The position numbers and the translations under genes are program-made. A DNA stretch of 64,000 nt from an uncultured Chloroflexia bacterium (lineage in GTDB: Bacteria; Chloroflexota; Limnocylindria; Limnocylindrales; CSP1-4). The DNA is taken from positions 140,357-204,356 of the forward strand of contig CAWHIA010000012.1 in NCBI GenBank assembly GCA_963829155.1, in the 5' to 3' direction. The first letter of the stretch is position 1. Each line of letters opens with the position of its first letter. Below the pieces are notes generated by a model. It saw nothing but the letters and a program-made list of their open reading frames with translations. It made no database searches and was not told the DNA's origin. Below are positions 60,253 through 64,000 of the stretch, in pieces.

Positions 60253-63084
60253 TTGCGTCGCGTCCCCGCCGCCGTCCTCGCCGCCCTGCTGCTCGCCCTC
60301 GGCCTCACGGCCCTGCCGGTCGACGCGGGGTCGACGGCCAAGGTCGTGGTCGTGGTCGGACCCGTCGGCGACCACAACGCGCACTACAAGTCCGACGCCC
60401 GCGACATCGCCGCCGAGGCCCGCAAGCACACCTCCAACGTGGTGACGCTGTTCACGCCCAACGCGACCTGGCCGGCGGTCAAGGCCGCGGCGCAGGGCGC
60501 GAGCGTGTTCGTCTACCTCGGTCACGGCAACGGCTGGCCGAGCATCTACCCGCCGTTCCAGACCGTGACCAAGGACGGCCTCGGTCTCGACCCGCAGTCG
60601 GGCGCCGACGGCGACAAGCACGTCTACTACGGCGAGGACTACATCCGGAACAACATCCGCCTGGCGCCCAACGCGGTCGTGCTCCTGTACCACCTGTGCT
60701 ACGCGTCCGGGAACACCGAGCCCGGGCTGTCGCAGGGGACGTTCGCCGAAGCCCGCGAGCGGGTCGACAACTACGGCGCCGGGTTCATCGGCGCGGGCGC
60801 ACGCGCGGTGATCGCGGAGGGCCATCCCGACCATCCGGCGACCAGCGAGATCCGCCAGCTGTTCACGACCAACCGGACGCTCGACCAGGTCTTCCGCAAC
60901 GCGCCGACCTGGCACGGGCACCTCCAGGGGCCGTTCGCGTCGCAGCGCACGCCCGGTCTCCGATACCAGATGGACGCCGACACCTCGTCGCCGTCCGGCT
61001 TCTACCGCTCGATCGTCGGCGACCTCGGGCTCCGGGCGTCCGCCGTGACGGGCGCGACGCCGTCGCCGACCGGCGCGAGCCCGGCGGACTTCGTCGTCCC
61101 CGGCGCCGCCGAGGTCGTCGCGGCGGACGGCGTCGGGCTGTTCGGCTCGCTGGCGAAGGCCCAGGACCCGTCGGCGACCGCCGCCACCACGATCGCCGAC
61201 GCGACCCGGCTGCGCCTGACCGGCGAGGAGGCGCCCGCGACCGACGGCACGCGGGTCTTCGCGGCCACCGAGCTCGGGACCTCGACCAGCGGCTACGTCC
61301 GAGCCACCGGCCTCGCCCCGCGCGACTCGGCGCCCACCGTGACCTGGTCGCTGGATCGGAGCGCCTCGCTCCTGTCGCCGAACGGCGACGGCGCCAACGA
61401 CGAGCTCGTCGTCGCCGCCCGGTTCTCCGAGCGGGTCACCGCCACGCTCACGGTCAGGAACGCCGCGGGCAACACCGTCACGTCGCTGTCCGTCGACGGC
61501 GACATCGTCCGCTTCGCCTGGGACCTCGCCAACGACGCCGGCAACACCGTCAAGGACGGCGCCTACACCTGGACCCTGCGGGCGAAGGACGACTGGGGCA
61601 ACGCCGGCACGTCGGCGAGCGGCGGCTTCACGCTCGATGCGACCCCGCCCGAGTCCACCGCCAGCCAGCATTCGACGGCCGGCCTCGACGGCTGGAGGGT
61701 CTCGCCGGTCGACGTGGCGATCAGCGCCACGGACGCGCTCTCCGGGGTCCGGTCGATCAGCTACCGGATCGAGGGCGGCGCCGTGAAGGCCTACTCGGGC
61801 GGCCTCACGATCACCCGCAATGGCTCGACGACCCTCGACTACCGCGCCACCGACAAGGCGGGCATCCGCGAGCCCTGGGAGCATCTCACGCTCCGGATCG
61901 ACACCCACGGCCCGACGATCTCGGTGGCCTCGAGCGGGCCGGCCGGCGACGTGCCCGGGACGTGGCGAGGCCCGGTGACCCTGAAGCCGACCATCAGCGA
62001 CGCGACGTCGGGCGTGGCCGGCAAGCTCGTCAGCATCGACGGCGGGGCGGCGAAGGCGCTCACGACCGCCACGGTCGAGATCGCCAAGGACGGCGGCCAC
62101 GTGGTCGCGTTCACGGCGACCGATGCCGCCGGCAACCAGTCGACGACGAGCGTGAGCCTGCGCATCGATTCCGTCGCCCCGGTCGTGACGCCCGGCGACC
62201 ACGGGGACACCCCGCGAACGGTGACCCCCAACGGCGACACGGTCGGCGAGACCGTGGCCGTCCCGTTCACGGTGTCGGAGGCCTCGACGATCACGGCCAC
62301 GGTCGCCGGCCCGGACGGCGCGACCGTCCGGACGCTGTCGACGACGGCGACCGCCGCGGGCGGCGTCAGCTGGGACGGCCGGACCGCGACCGGCAAGCCC
62401 GTGCCCGACGGCCGGTACACGGTCACGCTCCGCGCCCGCGACACCGCCGGCAACGTCGGCGATCCGGTTGCCGTCGACGTGGACGTGTACGCGGCGCTCG
62501 CCTCGCTGACCCGGTCGCCCGCTCAGCTCTACCCGCAGGACGGCGACGCCCTCGCCAGGTCCTCCACGTTCGCCTTCCGGCTGCTGTCGCGCGCCACCGT
62601 CAGCGTCAGGGTCCTCGATGCGAGCGGGACGGTGGTGCGGACCGCGTTCGCCGATCGCGCCCTGCCGGCCGGCCCGCAGCACTGGACCTGGAACGGCAAG
62701 GTCGCCGGCGGGGCCTACGCGACGCCCGGCACCTATCGCATCGTCGTGGCGGCGACGAACGGGACCCAGCGGGCCGCCCAGTCGACCTCGGTGCTCGCCG
62801 ACGCGTTCCGCCTCGAGGCCTCGGTGGCCGACGCGGTCCGCGGACACGCCTTCCAGCTGACCGCGCGCAGCACGGAGCCGCTGTCGACGTCGCCGGTCGT
62901 CGTCGTCCGCGAGGCGGGCGTCGCGCCGTGGACGGTCGCGATGACCAAGGCCGCGGGCGGGACCTGGACGGCGACCATCACCCCGAAGCGCGCCGGCTCC
63001 GCGGGGACCCTCGGGCTCACGGTCAGGGCCCGGGACGAGGCCGGCGGAAGGAACGCGAGCACGCTGCGGCTCGGGCTGCGGTAG
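60253..63084 (+). CDS. large secreted protein: N-terminal clan-CD-like putative cysteine peptidase domain (His/Cys dyad) plus multiple FlgD-Ig/Big-like repeats
   Basis: Signal peptide MRRVPAAVLAALLLALGLTALPVDAG; VFVYLGHGNG and VVLLYHLCYASGN blocks; repeated beta-sandwich modules (LLSPNGDGANDEL, DGAYTWTLRAKDDWGN, DGRYTVTLRARDTAGN). Confidence 0.75.
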   Translation: MRRVPAAVLAALLLALGLTALPVDAGSTAKVVVVVGPVGDHNAHYKSDARDIAAEARKHTSNVVTLFTPNATWPAVKAAAQGASVFVYLGHGNGWPSIYPPFQTVTKDGLGLDPQSGADGDKHVYYGEDYIRNNIRLAPNAVVLLYHLCYASGNTEPGLSQGTFAEARERVDNYGAGFIGAGARAVIAEGHPDHPATSEIRQLFTTNRTLDQVFRNAPTWHGHLQGPFASQRTPGLRYQMDADTSSPSGFYRSIVGDLGLRASAVTGATPSPTGASPADFVVPGAAEVVAADGVGLFGSLAKAQDPSATAATTIADATRLRLTGEEAPATDGTRVFAATELGTSTSGYVRATGLAPRDSAPTVTWSLDRSASLLSPNGDGANDELVVAARFSERVTATLTVRNAAGNTVTSLSVDGDIVRFAWDLANDAGNTVKDGAYTWTLRAKDDWGNAGTSASGGFTLDATPPESTASQHSTAGLDGWRVSPVDVAISATDALSGVRSISYRIEGGAVKAYSGGLTITRNGSTTLDYRATDKAGIREPWEHLTLRIDTHGPTISVASSGPAGDVPGTWRGPVTLKPTISDATSGVAGKLVSIDGGAAKALTTATVEIAKDGGHVVAFTATDAAGNQSTTSVSLRIDSVAPVVTPGDHGDTPRTVTPNGDTVGETVAVPFTVSEASTITATVAGPDGATVRTLSTTATAAGGVSWDGRTATGKPVPDGRYTVTLRARDTAGNVGDPVAVDVDVYAALASLTRSPAQLYPQDGDALARSSTFAFRLLSRATVSVRVLDASGTVVRTAFADRALPAGPQHWTWNGKVAGGAYATPGTYRIVVAATNGTQRAAQSTSVLADAFRLEASVADAVRGHAFQLTARSTEPLSTSPVVVVREAGVAPWTVAMTKAAGGTWTATITPKRAGSAGTLGLTVRARDEAGGRNASTLRLGLR

Positions 63085-63478
63085 GGACCCACACGCCACG
63101 CGGCGCTTGTATTGCGTTGCCAGCGGGGGGATAATCGCGGGGTCGATTTCCTCCCCGTGCGGAGGTCTCCCGGAGGTCCCGGAGAATGACGATGCGAACG
63201 GCCCCAGGGCACGGCTCGCGACGGCGCTGGCAGGGTTTCCGCCAGATGCCTGCGAGCGAAGACGCATCGCGCGGAGCCTCGAACGTGGCGACCGTCCCCC
63301 GCGCGGGAAACCTCTCGAGCGACACCCGCGCCGGCTGAGCTCGGCGGTCCGGGCCACGAGACCCGATCGCCTGCTGAACAGGGGCCGGTTCTGCGCCCGG
63401 CCCCCGGATTGATCCGATGGGCCGCCGTCCGATGGATGGCGGCCTTGGTGTGTCCGGCCGCGCGTAGACTCGCCGCCC

Positions 63479-64000
63479 ATGGACGACGAGACCGCGAACC
63501 CGCACGTCCGGCCCGCCACGCCGGAGGAGGCCGCGGACGTGCGCGGGATGCACGCCGCGACGCGCGCGGCCTGGGACGAGGCCGCCGAGCGGTACGAGGG
63601 CTGGTTCGACGAGGCGGTCGAGCTGATCCGGGGCGGCGGCTCGAACCTCCTGCCGGTGGAGCTGGACCTCATCGGCGACCTGCGGGGTCGTTGCCGCCGG
63701 GCGATCCACCTCCAGTGCGCCGGCGGCCGCGACACGCTGTCGCTCTGGACGGCCGGCGCGGACGAGGTCGTGGGCGTCGACTTCAGCCCGCGAATGCTCG
63801 AGCTCGCCGCCCGCCTGACGGCCGCGACGGGCGCTCCCGCGCGATGGGTCGAGGCGGACGTCCTCGATACGCCGCACGACCTCGACGGCACCGCCGACCT
63901 GCTGTACACGGGGCGGGGCGCGATCCTGTGGCTCCAGGACCTCGACGCCTGGGCGGCCGTGCTGCGGCGGCTCCTCGCGCCGGAGGGGCGGCTCGTGATC
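63479..64000 (+). CDS. class I SAM-dependent methyltransferase, 3' partial at window edge
   Basis: ATG 63479: MDDETANPHVRPATPEEAADV...LQCAGGRDTLSLW (motif I)...VGVDFSPRMLELA; no stop in window so absent from ORF track. Confidence 0.7.
   Translation, partial: MDDETANPHVRPATPEEAADVRGMHAATRAAWDEAAERYEGWFDEAVELIRGGGSNLLPVELDLIGDLRGRCRRAIHLQCAGGRDTLSLWTAGADEVVGVDFSPRMLELAARLTAATGAPARWVEADVLDTPHDLDGTADLLYTGRGAILWLQDLDAWAAVLRRLLAPEGRLVI

Noticed and set aside
58783-63909. 1708-aa minus-strand ORF
   Set aside because: Low-complexity antisense of the 943-aa secreted protein gene. Only its 3' portion (about 59990-60109) is the genuine N-terminus of the CxxC/P-loop gene.

Overview
High-GC (about 72%) actinobacterial chromosome segment, densely coding on both strands, with about 70 genes and no rRNA, tRNA, CRISPR array or transposase. 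Recognisable content includes a truncated LAL/LuxR-type AAA regulator, ettA, an ECF sigma factor with a TolB-like beta-propeller anti-sigma factor, and many F420/flavin enzymes (four DUF385 deazaflavin oxidoreductases, five LLM luciferase-like oxidoreductases, a CE1758/CE1759-like LLM plus FMN reductase pair). Transport genes are a TrkH-TrkA K+ uptake pair, a tandem-duplicated AI-2E transporter, a DMT transporter and a four-gene ECF-type transporter operon. A cAMP signalling block has a PAS hybrid histidine kinase followed by two class III adenylate cyclases. Other genes include pncB, proline iminopeptidase, prolyl oligopeptidase, a GH18 lipoprotein and a 943-aa secreted protein with a clan-CD-like His/Cys N-domain plus Ig-like repeats. 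Notable oddities: (1) a small protein combining a DUF4157-type leader motif (LQxxAGNRAV) with an Hcp/tube-like domain; (2) a CxxC-pair plus P-loop protein next to the large secreted protein; (3) a conspicuous density of single-base frameshifts (at least 19 in about 13 genes, mostly in G/C homopolymers and often clustered). The frameshifts most likely reflect indel errors in the assembly rather than biology, but they need read-level confirmation. The supplied ORF track is dominated by opposite-strand and out-of-frame artefacts typical of high-GC DNA; the calls below are based on protein-like translation, conserved motifs, RBS and start/stop coupling.
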